Shown: in pieces, positions 14,161-29,526 of the stretch
Layout: every line of letters begins with the position of its first letter
How positions within the stretch are numbered: the stretch's first letter is position 1
Program-made: the position numbers and the translations under genes
Assembly: GCF_006345805.1 (NCBI RefSeq)
Contig: NC_043012.1
Span: 49,786,001-49,850,000 of the forward strand
DNA from: Octopus sinensis
Lineage: Eukaryota
Reading direction: 5' to 3'
Length of the DNA: 64,000 bases
Notes under the pieces: model-generated
The model's database searches: none
What the model was told of the DNA's origin: nothing
What the model saw: the letters and a program-made list of their open reading frames with translations, nothing else

Positions 14161-17057
14161 TAGCTATGGACTTTTGTATTTCTAGTTGTGAAATATTCGT
14201 TAAAGACGATGAACTCGTGCCATCTTCGACAGCGTAGCTGCAAAGTGATTTGAATTTTTATCATTACTGTTTCTAGACGCTGTAAATCAAATAAAACCAT
14301 TGGAAGAAAGTTCGATATGTAAAGTAACCCTCCTATGCACAGTATCACTTATTCCATTTGACGATTATCCGCAATGTACCCCAGTCAGCGATAGCCTCAA
14401 CCACTTGCACTATATTTGAAAGCATAGTGAAATAATGGAAGAACAGGGTACTCATATATGTTATAAAAGATTCGCATAAACACTTAATTTATAATATTGG
14501 AATATATTATTCTTTTACGATCTTCAGATTTTAGTTATATTTACCTTTCTTCTCTTAGCGGACGAAACTGAAGTACAAAGTAGAAAAAGAGTCGTTTAAC
14601 ATTCCTCTACTTATTGTCCTTGTTTCTGTTTTGCTGCTTATTTATTGTTTCCTCTACTCTTCCTCCTTCTCCCTCATTCCCCCGCCATCAGTAATTCTTT
14701 TTTTCTGGAAGAAATGAGACCACGATGAGATACGGAGGAAAGTGTGATATTTGTTTTCGCATCGATTATCACTAAGATTTTAATAATCCGAATGCATCAT
14801 TCTCTTTCGATCTAGAATTGATAAATTGCATATCATTTACTCCTGCAGCAGTAAGTGTAAATGTATCTCAACAAGGTCTAAACCATTGTCCTTTTGTTCT
14901 TGCATTGGTGTATTTCTCGCAACTCTTGCAATCCAACAGCTACAGAAGTTGTCTCGAATTTCTCAATGAATATGCTAGATATAACAACTGAATCATTAAA
15001 AACCTTTTCAGCAATAAAGGAATCTGCAGAATCTAGATGAGAAAACATCATTTGCTGTTAATGCTGTGACGTAGAAGTTATTATGAGGCGCCACTGTTTC
15101 AAGTTCTCACGTATTTCTGTATCAGTGTTTCTGAATTTTGCAGTTGTATTTGTTCGTATGTTATAAGATATCTCTAGCGAAATTAAGGATGCTTAACAAA
15201 TGGTTTTGTATATGAATGTCAAAAACAGTGATCATGAATATGTTGCAGAGAAAAGGAAAATCCTTCCCCAGGTAAAATTAGCAAAGCTTATTCTTATTTC
15301 CGTAATTACGAAAGGTATTGATTATAATAATATTCATAACTGAAAATATCTTCATATTATTTGAGGATCTTCCCAATATCTCAGAGAAGAGAGGTAGTTT
15401 AAATTTATGTATTGCTACGACTTGCCACTAAATCTTTGATGAATATTGGGACTAGCGACCGATTAACTTCGGTTGTATTTTTGTGTAGTGCTCGTTTTTT
15501 ACATTTGATTGAGCATTGGTAAGATGTCATACGAGCAAAGGAATTCGAGCTACGATCATGTCTTGATTCAGACATAGTGTAGGGTATATTGGCTTATATT
15601 ACCTAACGTGTTCTTGCTTCTTCTTCCCTGAACAAGATGAATTGAAAAGTATTTGACAGATGCTTATAACATGTCAATCGACAGGACTGAGACTTCCGTA
15701 TCGTGCTTATGTTTTATTTTATTAAACATACCGGTTGCTGAATATACACATGTATATTTTTTCATTCAGTAGATATGAAGTATCTTGTCATTGTTAAATT
15801 TCCTGGATGGTGTTCAAAATATGATGATGAAAATATGTACATTTCTGTTTACCATTTCACTAACGCCTGCTACCCAGGAAAAAATACACATAAACTTATA
15901 GGTACATATGCTCAAGATTATACACTTCCACACAAAGAAACATACATATACACTGACACAGATGCGTATTCTTGTGCAGGAACTTCTGATGTTAAATGTA
16001 TCATCATTCATATGAACAGAATTCCGATTGTTATGAATTCAGCGTGTAATATGTTTGAGGCAATTTTATTTCAGGTTCATTTCCTAATTATTCTCACTCG
16101 GCGTTACCTCATCTTTAAATAAATATAATCTATAATATTTATAGAATATCACAATTACGGCGAACTGCTATTCGTGTCATTCCTAATGAATTTAGCCGAG
16201 TAACTCAAGCAACTCCTAACAATTATCGAATTCCTCACAGTTCCCCGGAACCTTGACAAAACTTGCACTGACATATTAACAATATAACTATTATCACAAG
16301 ATTCATCACTTTCTTTTAACATTGCAGACAATGTCACCAGCCGCAATTTAACTTTACCATCACCCCAACTAACACCATCATCACCGCCATCGCCATCTTA
16401 TCAGCGAAATTGTCGTTGATAGTGTAACCGTGATCGTTATTATTCCCATCAGTCACCATCACCACAACAACCGCCGACGCTACCACTACCACTACTACCA
16501 ATGCTGTCGTCATTATCGTCGCCGCCACAGCACCGTCCACATCAGTATAGGCTTCCACGTCTTAACCACCACGACCACCACCAACATATCCATAACCATA
16601 TAATAAAAACTACTACCATCATCGTCATCGTCGTCCTTCTCATCATCATTATCATCGTCGTCGTCGGCGTCGTTGCTCCGTCGTCTTCGTCATCATCATC
16701 ATCCTCATACCCTGATTAAAAGTTTGATTGATTCGACCCATATTTGCTGAAGAACCTAACCTAAAAGCAAGGGGAATGTTTTGGAGAGTTTATAAAGTGA
16801 AGGATCAATTTACGTGGTGATTCTTTTCATTTTTGTTTCAATGTTTCATTTTTTAAAGAAATTATTGTTGCTATATATCATATTATCATAATCGACATTT
16901 TGCTTTATTCCAACATAAAGTTACGGCTGTGTATGCAGGCCATCACCGGTTTTCAGTCGGTGGTGGTGGAAAAACATAGATCATTTGACAAATCACTCGC
17001 AGACACACATGTCTGTGCACACACACACATTCACCCACACAACGATATTTCCCTCAT

Positions 17058-17099
<42 letters not shown>

Positions 17100-17264
17100 G
17101 TGAAATAGAAAGATGAATAATCTTGTAGTAGATTAATCAAAAGTTTAACCGGTACCTTGGTAGCAAAAATCACAGCAGTAAACAGCACGGTTGGAGGTAC
17201 AACCATATGGTGTTGCAACCGTGCGTTGGTGCGGATAATTGAAATTAAAATTTCTTCAATTCAC

Positions 17265-17303
<39 letters not shown>

Positions 17304-17306
<3 letters not shown>

Positions 17307-17594
17307 CGTGATCACCGTGACCGACCAGGCTATCAGATGTTGCTACAGATCGCTGGTCATAATGCGCTTTGCATTGTTATAGCCTTCAAATGACGCTACC
17401 CTGCTGGCTAAGCGAGCAGGCCAACAGAAAAAAGAGTGAGAGAAAGTTGTGGCGAAAGAGTACACCAGGGATCGCCACCACCCCCTGCCGGAGCCTCGTG
17501 GATCTTTAAGTGTTTTCGCTCAATAAACACTCACAACGCCCAGTCTGGCAATCGAAACCGCGAGTCCTCTGCCCTAACCACTGGGCCATTCCGC

Positions 17595-17597
<3 letters not shown>
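17304..17597 (-). mobile_element. tRNA-derived SINE, family C (tail variant 2)
   Basis: Minus strand reads GAGGCGGAATGGCCCAGTGGTTAGGGCA...GGTTTCGATTGCCAGACTGGGCG...GAGCGAAAACACTTAAAGATCCACGAGGCTCCGGCAG...CCACAACTTTCTCTCACTCTT and ends in (TCACGGTGA)2; sits between TA/CT tracts. Confidence 0.8.
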
Positions 17598-17641
<44 letters not shown>

Positions 17642-17642
<1 letters not shown>

Positions 17643-17739
17643 GACAGGCTTCTTTCAGTTACCACCAATCAAATCCACTCACAAGGTGTTGGTTGGCCCT
17701 AGGCGATAGAAGAAGACGCTTGTCTACGGTACCACGCTG
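17642..17739 (-). mobile_element. SINE family A fragment
   Basis: CTTCTTTCAGTT...AAATCCACTCACAAGG...GATAGAAGAAGAC matches the family A body. Confidence 0.7.
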
Positions 17740-18344
17740 AGCTAATAAAATAAACACCAAAATAAAAACCAACTACAAGCAAAACTTTTGTGTAAAATTA
17801 AACAAAGTATACACAAGGAAAACCTCAATGCTATGTTGTAGTGGATATTTAATCTTTCAACATAGCGAGCGAGCGTTTCCGTTTCCCCATTCTTCAGTTT
17901 ATGCTAAAGTTAAAATATTTCAGTTTGTTTAATGAAATTTTACAGGTTGATTGTCATACCTACAGGGAACATTCTGCGTATACTTTCAATTTAAAATAGA
18001 TAGCCTTCAGTTTTACCATAGTCCTTAAACTTTTCTCAACTGTTTTATCACTACGTAATACTTTATAGCAGCCATTTTCAATACGACATTTTGTTCTAGT
18101 TGTTTTCACCTGCTATATTTGATTAATGGAAAGCAAGAAAACAACTGAATGTTAGAAATCTTCGCACAGCATTTCTAACTGTTTTTGCGAATTAAATGTT
18201 TCAATTTATGCTTGAATGATAGTTTGATTATTTATGTTTAAATAATGGGCAAATATAAATACTGCATGTAGAATAAGAGATGCTTTAAAAAACTTCATGA
18301 TGTATCCTTCATCAAACATTAATGACAATGTACTCATATATATA

Positions 18345-19590
<1,246 letters not shown>

Positions 19591-19652
19591 CTATCGCCCC
19601 ACCACCGTACATGTCTCTACGAGAGATTAGAAATTTAGTATTTCTGATATAT

Positions 19653-19683
<31 letters not shown>

Positions 19684-19716
19684 GAGAGGGTCTGAAAATT
19701 CCAACTTTACTTTGTT

Positions 19717-19779
<63 letters not shown>

Positions 19780-20605
19780 TATATATATTCATATATAAAG
19801 AAAGTGAGGATATGCACAGGATTCTACATTATACCTCACTGTAGTGGTTTGTTATGTGACTTGCGACTTGATCCACTTAAAGAGCCTTTTTTGTGAGTAA
19901 CACCGGATTAGTTAAATTCATTTATTGTGCATTCAACACAGAAACACACAGGTACACCCACACACACCCACTCGGAGAAACACACAAATTTGCATGTATG
20001 TATGTATATGCCAGAAATCTTGATAAACACAAATATATATCTTTTCTTGTTTCTTTTTTCTTTCCGAGAGCAATTGTGTGCTGGCACACAAGAAGTCATT
20101 AGGGAAGGATTCGATATTTTATTTCCATGCATGGATGCATACATACATATATACATACACACATACATACATACATACATACATACATACATAATACATA
20201 CATACATACATACATACATACATTCATAAGTATTCACACTCACACACACACTGACACATACGTACACATATATAAATATTTATAGGTTTATAGTCATCGA
20301 CTTTTGAAATTTTGCTAAATGGAAGAGCTGGTTTCAGTTTTATCCAAAGGAAAAAAATACTCTATCGGTGGTCTTTAGACAATAATGTTTATATGAGCAA
20401 TAGAAATGCCTACCAGCGGTTGAATATTCATCTCACTTATTCAACACCCTTTTATCACGCACCAAGTGCGTGTTAAACGAACGCTTTCTTACACCGAAAA
20501 CACTAACGTTTCCATATTGTGACTAAGTGTTTAATAAAGTTGGCAAGTGCATCATTAATTATTGTCCGTCTCTATGAATATTTATGAATGAATGAATATA
20601 TGCAG

Positions 20606-20636
<31 letters not shown>

Positions 20637-22640
20637 ACCTGATATATATAACTATATAACCTGATATATATATATAATATATATATATATATATCAGGTT
20701 ATTTAGTTTTCACTTTTTATTTATTATAATATTCCAGTTAGATTGTACGTAACCATTTAACGATTCCCATGTGTGCTCACTATTTTTAAGATTCTGAGAT
20801 TCCATACCCAACTGAAATATCATATATCTGAATTCATTTTGGGGTCCCAATATTACAGTAACTCTAGATATATTAATCTTAGATACGCTTCATGCCTTAT
20901 CATTATATCCCGAATCTTTCTAAGTCTACTACTCCACAACCATGCTCATTGCATGTTGTTTTGACTGAATCTATATCGCTGTATTGACATGCATGACGTT
21001 TCATAGAGACATTCCGCTTTAATATAGCAGAGAACCGGCAGAAAAAAATCCAAGTTCTCTATGGATGAGCAAGTGAGTTCATTATAAATTCAGTGTGGCG
21101 TGACACTAGCAATCTCAGAAAGCAATAGAGTTCTGTGATTTCTCTGTCATCTCATATAAATTTGCATTATACATTCTATCTTCCTCTAGCGTCAGAGTCT
21201 CGAAAACGAAATCGAAAACGAAAGGAAAAGACATCACGAAAATTCCCAGAGAAATACAAGCCAAAATAAAACTGAAGTAATAACTCACGAAGGAATTATG
21301 GAAAATTTACGACAATAGATCTCTGAGGTCATTACAATGACTGCTTCGTATTTTTTTGTTTCTATTTTTTTTTTCGTATTCAGTTAGAATGTATTTTTAT
21401 ATACTGTGCAACCGAACCAGTGGCAATGTTGATTGACAGTGAGAATGATGGAATATTATGACAGGTTAAAGAAAATATCAATAGACTCGATAATAAATTC
21501 CAAACCGTTACGGAAGGGGAAGTAGGGGCTACGCAGTTTTCATTTCAGGATTACGAATGCATTCCGAAAATACAGTTTGACGCAGTGCTCCACAAAAAAA
21601 AAGAAAATATGGTGCAGTGTAGTAATATATCAAAATCTTCATCATCATCACCAATGTCATGATCAGTATGACGCTGATTTACATCATCATGACCCGCATC
21701 GTAATCGAGATCACCAGAGCTATAAATATCATCGTCACTATTAAAACAACTACTAGGACTACCGCCATTACACCAACATAACTACCACCACCACCAATAA
21801 CAACAACATTATTATCATCATAAGCATCGTCAACATCGCACTATTATCTCCAACGTTGTCATTGTTATTTTCGTTTTGAGATTTGCCTTCAAATTCTTAC
21901 TGTAAAAACTTTGGCCAAATTTGAAAGTTTACAACTCAAACTATTCCAGTAATTCTTACAATACATGTATACACGCATGCATTCGCGCATACATACGTAC
22001 AACTGCACACACACACATACATAAGCGCAATTATACACTTGCGCTTATGTATTGAGAGCATTTTTTAGGTTCTGTCATAGGTTCTGGCGTATTCTACGCA
22101 TCTTGACGTGGATGAAAAACCTGATACCGTCTAGAAAGATTGAAACAGTGGGTATTCGGAAATACACTTAGACACGCTAATGCTAGACAGTTGTCCTGTA
22201 GTAAATATAGAGACATTTTCATTACTTGTATACAGCTGAGATAAATTCATTCTTTTCATTTATGTGACTTAAATATTGATCATAGTTATAAATAATTTCT
22301 AAGTAGATAAACGTCAAGATCTGAGAAATTAAAACGTGCATTACAAGGCCAGTTTTTTTTTCCATCGAGTTCGCACACATGTATTAAAATGTATTGGTTG
22401 TGCTAATTTCTATATAAAAGTCAAAGAGTGACTAATTTTGCATTACGTAGGTGTTGGCAAGATAATTTGAAATTTCAATGTCAGTACTATAGCTAAACAA
22501 ATGAATCATTTTAGTAAATATAATATTTCAGTTATCAATGTATGCACGAATTGTCTATTTCATATACATACATACAAACATACATCATCATTATACATGC
22601 ATACATACATGCATACATACATACGCACATACATACAAAC

Positions 22641-22687
<47 letters not shown>

Positions 22688-22732
22688 AGATCGTTAGCCA
22701 TTACACACATTTTTCTTGATTTTTCTGTGTCC

Positions 22733-22768
22733 CTTTCTGTAGAAGAGCGTAGGCTCGAAACGTAAAAG
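22733..22768 (+). ncRNA. Minimal hammerhead-ribozyme-like motif (variant core CUGUAGA) in a TA-embedded insert (22685-22860)
   Basis: CTTT-CTGTAGA-A-GAGC-GTAG-GCTC-GAAA-CG-TA-AAAG: stem I CTTT/AAAG, stem II GAGC/GCTC, palindromic ACGT stem III. Confidence 0.5.
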
Positions 22769-22855
22769 ACATTTTCTATTCCTGAGCGTTTTAATAATAC
22801 ATCTGTTTGTTTTGTACACCACCTGTCTTCGTCTTTTGTTTTTCTCGTAAACTAT

Positions 22856-22901
<46 letters not shown>

Positions 22902-23128
22902 GCATGCATACATATTTTCCTGTACAAATAAATTAGTAGCTTGGACGAGACAATGCGTATTGACAGCATGTTGCATAAGTGCAAACTAGTACCAAAGCAT
23001 ACTGTGGAAAACCAAAGAAAACAGGTATAAAATTTTGCAGAATATTGTGTATGGTTAGGATTCCTGGTTTTCACCCAGGTATTGAGGGCTTGATTCCGCA
23101 TGGGAATACGTTTTTTTAGGTGCCCTCT

Positions 23129-23510
23129 TGGCTGCGTGGTCAGGAGCTTGCTTTCCATGTTCAGTTCCACTGCGTGGTGTCTTTGGCGAGCGTCCTGTAC
23201 AATAGCTTCGGACCGACCAAAGTCTTGTAAGTGGATTTGGTAGACGGAAACTGGAAGAGACCGTCGTATTTATGTATATATATATATATATATGTGTATG
23301 AGTTTCTGTGTATCTTCGTCTCCCACCATCACTTGACAACCGATGTTGGTGTGTTTACGTCCTCATAACTTTGAGTTTCGGCGGGAAAGATTGATACTAT
23401 AAGTACGAGGTTACGAAGAATAAGTCATGGTGTCGATTTCTTCGACTAAAAACCCATTAAGGCGGTTCTCCGCCATGGCCGCAGTCAGATGGCTGAGACA
23501 CGTAAAAGAA
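23129..23510 (+). mobile_element. SINE family A, full length
   Basis: tRNA-like head, body, internal TA/TG tract and tail GGCGGTTCTCCGCCATGGCCGCAGTCAGATGGCTGAGACACGTAAAAGAA. Confidence 0.9.
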
Positions 23511-23962
23511 TGTTTCCATCTTCACCTGAGGAAAGTTATTTGTATCATTAGCCTTACAGATGTTATGCGTTTTTAGCGTATATTGTAGCAGCACGCAAAT
23601 CATCATCTAGAATGTCAAGTTGGATGTCCTTTTTGTTGGACAAAGCAACAGTATTGTAGCATCAATTCATACAGGACCAAATTTAAATTGCATTCTCTTA
23701 ATTTCCTTCACGAGAAACCAAAGAAACTCTGGAGAAATTTAAAATAGATGAAGACTGAAATGGATGTACTCTCTCATGTACAGAATGTGGACATGGATTT
23801 GAAGAAGTGTTTTGTAATCCATAGCCATGTAGCAATATTTATCGATACCCTGTCTTTTTGACATATTACAAGACAACATATCCGCCTCACTGTAGTTTTA
23901 GGGAACACTAGAATAGAGGAAATATCTAACATCCAAAAAGATTTACAGTATGACGTAAGGTA

Positions 23963-24164
23963 CTCTTTTACTTGTTTCAATCATATGACTGTGGCCATGC
24001 TGGAGCACCGTCTTTAGTCGAGTGAGCAAATCGACCCCAGGACTCATTCTTTGTAAACCTAGTACTTATTCTATCGTTCTCTTTTGCCGAACCGCTAATT
24101 TACGGGGACGTAAACACACCAGCATCGGTATTAAAGCGATGTTGGGGGACAAACACACCCACCT

Positions 24165-24212
<48 letters not shown>

Positions 24213-24378
24213 GCATATATATGATGGGCTTCTTTCAGTTTTCGGCTACCAAATCCACTCACAAGGATTTGGTCGGCCCGAGGCTATAGAAGAAGACTCT
24301 TCTCCAAGGTGCCACGCAGTGGGACTAAACCCAGAACCATGTAGTTCATAAGCAAGCTACTTACCACACAGCCACTCC
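23963..24378 (-). mobile_element. SINE family A, full length
   Basis: Minus strand starts GGAGTGGCTGTGTGGTAAGTAGCTTGCTT...GGGTTTAGTCCCACTGCGTGG and ends CGGTGCTCCAGCATGGCCACAGTCATATGATTGAAACAAGTAAAAGAG. Confidence 0.92.
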
Positions 24379-25759
24379 ACTCCTACACTTACGAGAATAA
24401 TATCATTCGTATCTTCTGGTAGATATGAGATGTCGTATATTAGTTGCTGCCAATTTGTTGTGGCAGTTGCTTATATCAATCGGAAAAGGAGTTGCTACAT
24501 ATTTGGTCCAAGAAACAGACCATATGCTGGCAGCATTAAAAAGAAAAAAAAAGCTACCCATAACTGGAGAGAAGAGAGAAACTTTCGGGAGATTCTTCAA
24601 ACATTGCGATTATTTATCGATAGTTCATGAAAACAGCCTAAGTATAATTATGTCCTTACTATACATAGTAATACAAACACACTCACGCATATACACAATA
24701 CATGCTCTCACCAACTCGCACACAATACACAGAAGCATGGATAGGTAAAATGTGCCCGCTATTGAATAATATAACTAATCGTATTTATCTCTGTGCGAGA
24801 GCGTGTCCGTATGTGTACTTGTTTTTCCTTTGTGAGTGTGTCTATATATGCGCGAATGAATGAATGTAAACAAAAATATTTTCGACGAAAACCATGGTGC
24901 AAGCAAATTAAACAATGAAACGAAGAAAGCCTGGAAACATAGAAAATAAAGCAAGAAGGCAAAAACAATGACACGTACAGCCAACCAAACATTCGAAAAC
25001 TGAAATCGAACACATAGCAGAAGAACAAAAGCAATAATAATAAAAATAATAAAAGCCGAAATTCATAAAAAGCAACATATATAAGAATAGAATGACAAAG
25101 AGAATGGAAGAGAAAAAGGGAGATGGAAAAAGAGGTGAGAGGGAAAGGAAAAAGAGAGAGAAAGAAAAACGTTGTAATTTTTGATTTAGAATTGGATTCT
25201 TCACAGACAAAACTTATTATCTAAGTGAGAGGAAGACGAAGAAACAAACATCATCTAATCCCCCTCGCCACAACACAGTCAGACATCCATGTCTATATAT
25301 TCAAAGACTCATGCAAATTCATTAAAAATAAATAAAATATCAATGAATACACAAATCGATAACAAAGACTAGTAAATGGAGAAAAAGAACAAACAAAAAA
25401 TGAAATACAATAAAAAAAAGAAAGAAAATACACAAGGAAGCAGGAAAAACAAACAGACAAATATAGATACACAAAAGCAACTAAAGCATGTCAAAGGTTA
25501 AGCATTTAGGGAGCATTTATTTACAAGTACGAGAAACTCGGTGAGAACGATTTAACCTTTGACCTTACTGTTTGTTGAAGCGCATGCGTGTATAACAGAG
25601 ATTCAGTAGTGGCGCTTTTTTTATGTGTATGCGTAGGTGCATGTAAATGTGCACGTGCATACATATATTTATAATCACGCAAATATATATTTATGCTATG
25701 CACATATCGAATTATATATTGGTGCATCTGCACACGCAAGCACACACAGACATATATGC

Positions 25760-25895
25760 TTGTGCGTATGTATGTATATGTATGTTATACAAATATGTAT
25801 GTATTATATATATATATATATATATCTACATATGTAGATATACATATATATATGAATATATATATGTATATATGTATATATATATATACATGCAT

Positions 25896-25929
<34 letters not shown>

Positions 25930-26398
25930 ATATACATATATATATACATATATATATTTATATACATATATATATATATACATACATACATATACGAACA
26001 AACTCACAGACATATATTTATTTATACGTATATATATGCATGTGTGTATGTGATATACACAAACACGTAATTATATAAATTACAATTTGCATGGCATACA
26101 GACACACACACGCGCACACACACATAAACACTTACACAAACACTATTTTGTGCTGTTCGATATATGCACTAGACTGTAGCATTATATCGATCGTCAATCG
26201 TGAATTTACCTCTTTAATGTTTCTCTGCATTCGGAGCTCTATCTAACAACTCACCAACTCCACAGATACATCAACAACCTTCCTTCCATCGGTCTCTTCC
26301 TATTTTTCGTAGGTCCCATTCACCAAATTTCTCTTTCTTTTATCTGCATGTTCATCATGATATATACATATATAAATAAATATATATATATATATATA

Positions 26399-26440
<42 letters not shown>

Positions 26441-26499
26441 TGTTACATATATGTATGTATATATGTATATATATATATATGTGTGTGTATATATATATA

Positions 26500-26553
<54 letters not shown>

Positions 26554-26579
26554 CATTATATATATATATATAATATATA

Positions 26580-26622
<43 letters not shown>

Positions 26623-26720
26623 TACATATATATATAATATACATATATACATACACACACGTCCATTCATATATGTATGTATGTGTGTGTATGTATGTAT
26701 GTATGTATTCATATATATAT
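25760..26720. repeat. Extended degenerate (TA)n/(TACA)n/(TG)n microsatellite fields; similar fields at 11690-11930, 13920-14160, 27260-27620, 29300-29650, 37270-37760, 38200-38380, 42550-42930 and 52360-53350
   Basis: Directly visible dinucleotide and tetranucleotide runs; they generate the YI/CV/HT repeat ORFs. Confidence 0.95.
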
Positions 26721-27408
26721 ATATGCTCTTCATATGCAAATGCATATGTATAAGTATGTACGTGCATATCTTTCCGTGCTGGTGTAGATGGGCGTGTTCA
26801 TGTTGGCTCATGAGCGCTTTCCAGTCGGAAGCGTGCGGCTGTTTTCATATATGCATTTGCCTACATTTATGAACATAAATGCCTTTGCGAGTGCATGTGT
26901 TTGTGCATACATGTGTGGATATGTTTCTACTTTTGCTTGGAGAAGTAGTGTACTCATTCAAACAGTATTTCCCTCCAAAAAGCCACCATAATCCCAACAA
27001 ACTCATTTATATTACATTCTCCTGACAAACAAAAATGTCACTAGGTAGGCCGCCTGTCTATCACATGTTTCCCTAAGATTTATTGGGTATATTCTCCTTT
27101 ACATGAAAACGCTCACGCATAAACATGCTCACACACAGACACACAAATTTCTGATGGAATGCAATATGCAGAGACAATGATAAAAAATTCAATAACTTCG
27201 GGAAAAATGGGGATGCTATTATGCACGATACCGGCCATGAGATTATACAGATTCATGCTTTGGAATATATATATGTGTGTGTGTTAGTGTGTGCGTGTGT
27301 GTGTGTTCGTGTGTGTGTGTGTAATTTATTTAAAGCTCACAATGTATGTATTAAAGCGCTTTGTACACACACTCACACATACATATATATGTATATATAT
27401 GTATATAT

Positions 27409-27441
<33 letters not shown>

Positions 27442-28505
27442 CATGCATATATATATGTCATACACATATATATATACATACGCGCACACACATGTACACG
27501 CACACATATCTATGTATATATGTATATTACATGAATATATATGTTTGTATGTTGTTATGCATTTGCCTATATCTCCCTGTATATATGTATGTATATACGT
27601 ACGTATGTATGTATGTGCGAGTATACATAATATAAATTTATATTACACAAAGCGAAAAGAAGCTTGCACATAGGAACATATATTTACAAATAAATATGTA
27701 CGTAGTTATGTTAGTATTTGTGTGTATATGACATCCATTGAATGTGTTTGTATGTATGTGTGTGTGTATGTGTGTGCGTGTGTGTATGTGCTTGTGTCTC
27801 TTCATGAACGGCTGTATATTTGCTAATTTTTATATATGTGCGTGAGGGGTATGGTCATCAATATTTACTTTGATTTTTATATTTAGTCTCTGTGTCTTAA
27901 TGCATATATTAAGTAACGCAGAAAAAAAATATATCTTCCGATAATCTTATATGTAATCATTTAAATCTTTTGTATGTTATTTAAAGGGCCATATCCATCC
28001 CAGCAGAAAGTAAAGTTACGATAAGTTCAATAGAATCACGGTAAAAATAAATATATCTAAAATAATATTTGAAGAACAAAGAATATACACATTTCAGAGA
28101 GAAAATAAAGCCGCATGTAATTTGGGGAGAAAACGTTGTGGACTGTATCTCCGTCACATTTATCATGACTTTCTATCTCTATCTCCCCCTCCTTTTGATT
28201 TTCTTTTTACTTTCGATCTATCTGTCTATCAACTACCTACAATCTGCAAAACCCAGGCACAAACGCGCGCACACACGCACACAGTCATACACATACATAA
28301 CCACAGATATATGTATCTATATCAATTTACACACGTTTGAATATTTATTATATAATATAGATACATATATAAACATACATTGATATATATATATATATAT
28401 AAATGGATGAATGAATTATCCTTTGTTTTCCGTTAGCATTCTGTTAATCATTTATGCAGTCATCGTAATTGTTATAATGTCTTTTTCTTGAGATAGGCTC
28501 TCTTT

Positions 28506-28588
28506 CTTTCCTGATGAGAAGATTGCATTTTACACCGTTTATTCCTTTGGAATAAAACCAATGTTGTCTTCGAAATATATGTCGACAG
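28506..28588 (+). ncRNA. Type I hammerhead ribozyme motif with intact catalytic core, in a TA-embedded insert (28401-28640)
   Basis: CTTTC-CTGATGA(28511)-GAAGA...TCTTC-GAAA(28572)-TATATG-TC-GACAG: perfect 5-bp stem II plus inner hairpin TTTATTCC/GGAATAAA, near-palindromic stem III, GUC cleavage triplet, stem I 4/5 pairs. Confidence 0.75.
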
Positions 28589-28638
28589 TAAAAGTATTTG
28601 AATAGTATCTGCGTTCAACTCCATTTATTTACTTATTT

Positions 28639-28699
<61 letters not shown>

Positions 28700-28784
28700 T
28701 GTGTGTGCGTGTGTGTATATGTATATATATATTTTCGTATATTACGGGTATATATTTAGATATTTCCCTATATGAATAGACTGT

Positions 28785-29092
28785 TTTTTTTCGATCATTT
28801 GGCTGTGGCCGAGCTGCAGCACTTGCTTGAAGGATTTCAGTCGCTGATGGGGGAACAATCATAGACACACACACAGTTACATCGATATATACACACTACA
28901 CACAAACGCTCTCACACACACACACAAGCACACAAATAAGCAAATAGCACGGGCTTCGTTTAGTTTCCGTTTACTATATCCACTAACAAGACTTTGATCC
29001 GCACGTGGCTACAGTGGAAGAGACTAATCGAAGGTACCACGCCGTGGGACTTCACCTGAAACCATGTGATTTGGAAGCAAATTTGTTACCAC
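28785..29092 (-). mobile_element. SINE family A, degraded
   Basis: GGGCTTCGTTTAGTTTCCGTTTACTATATCCACTAACAAGACTTTG and GTGGGACT...AACCATGTGATTTGGAAGCAA match family A. Confidence 0.75.
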
Positions 29093-29463
29093 ATATGCGC
29101 GTCCTCGCGCACACACACGCACAATCGTAATAAGTTGAGTTTCCATTGTTACGTGATGGTAAGATCAACAAAAAAGTGATGCATCTGTAAGAGATAAATA
29201 TTATGTGATAGGCACAATACATGTTTTTATGTGCTATTAATAGTTTCATATCTTGAGCAATATCTCAGAAATAATCACCAGGCACAAACCACATATATTG
29301 TGTTTAATATACGTGTACGTGTCTGTGTGTGTGTTTATGTATATATATATATATGTGTGTGTGTGTGTATGTATATATCTATCTATGTATATATCTATAA
29401 GTACATGTATATATGTATACCCACACATATACATATATATATACATATATACATATACGCACG

Positions 29464-29526
<63 letters not shown>

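Noticed and set aside
24310-24378. tRNA-like sequences with A/B boxes (also 1144, 1728, 17540, 23129)
   Set aside because: They are SINE heads continuing into repeat bodies and do not form full cloverleaves.
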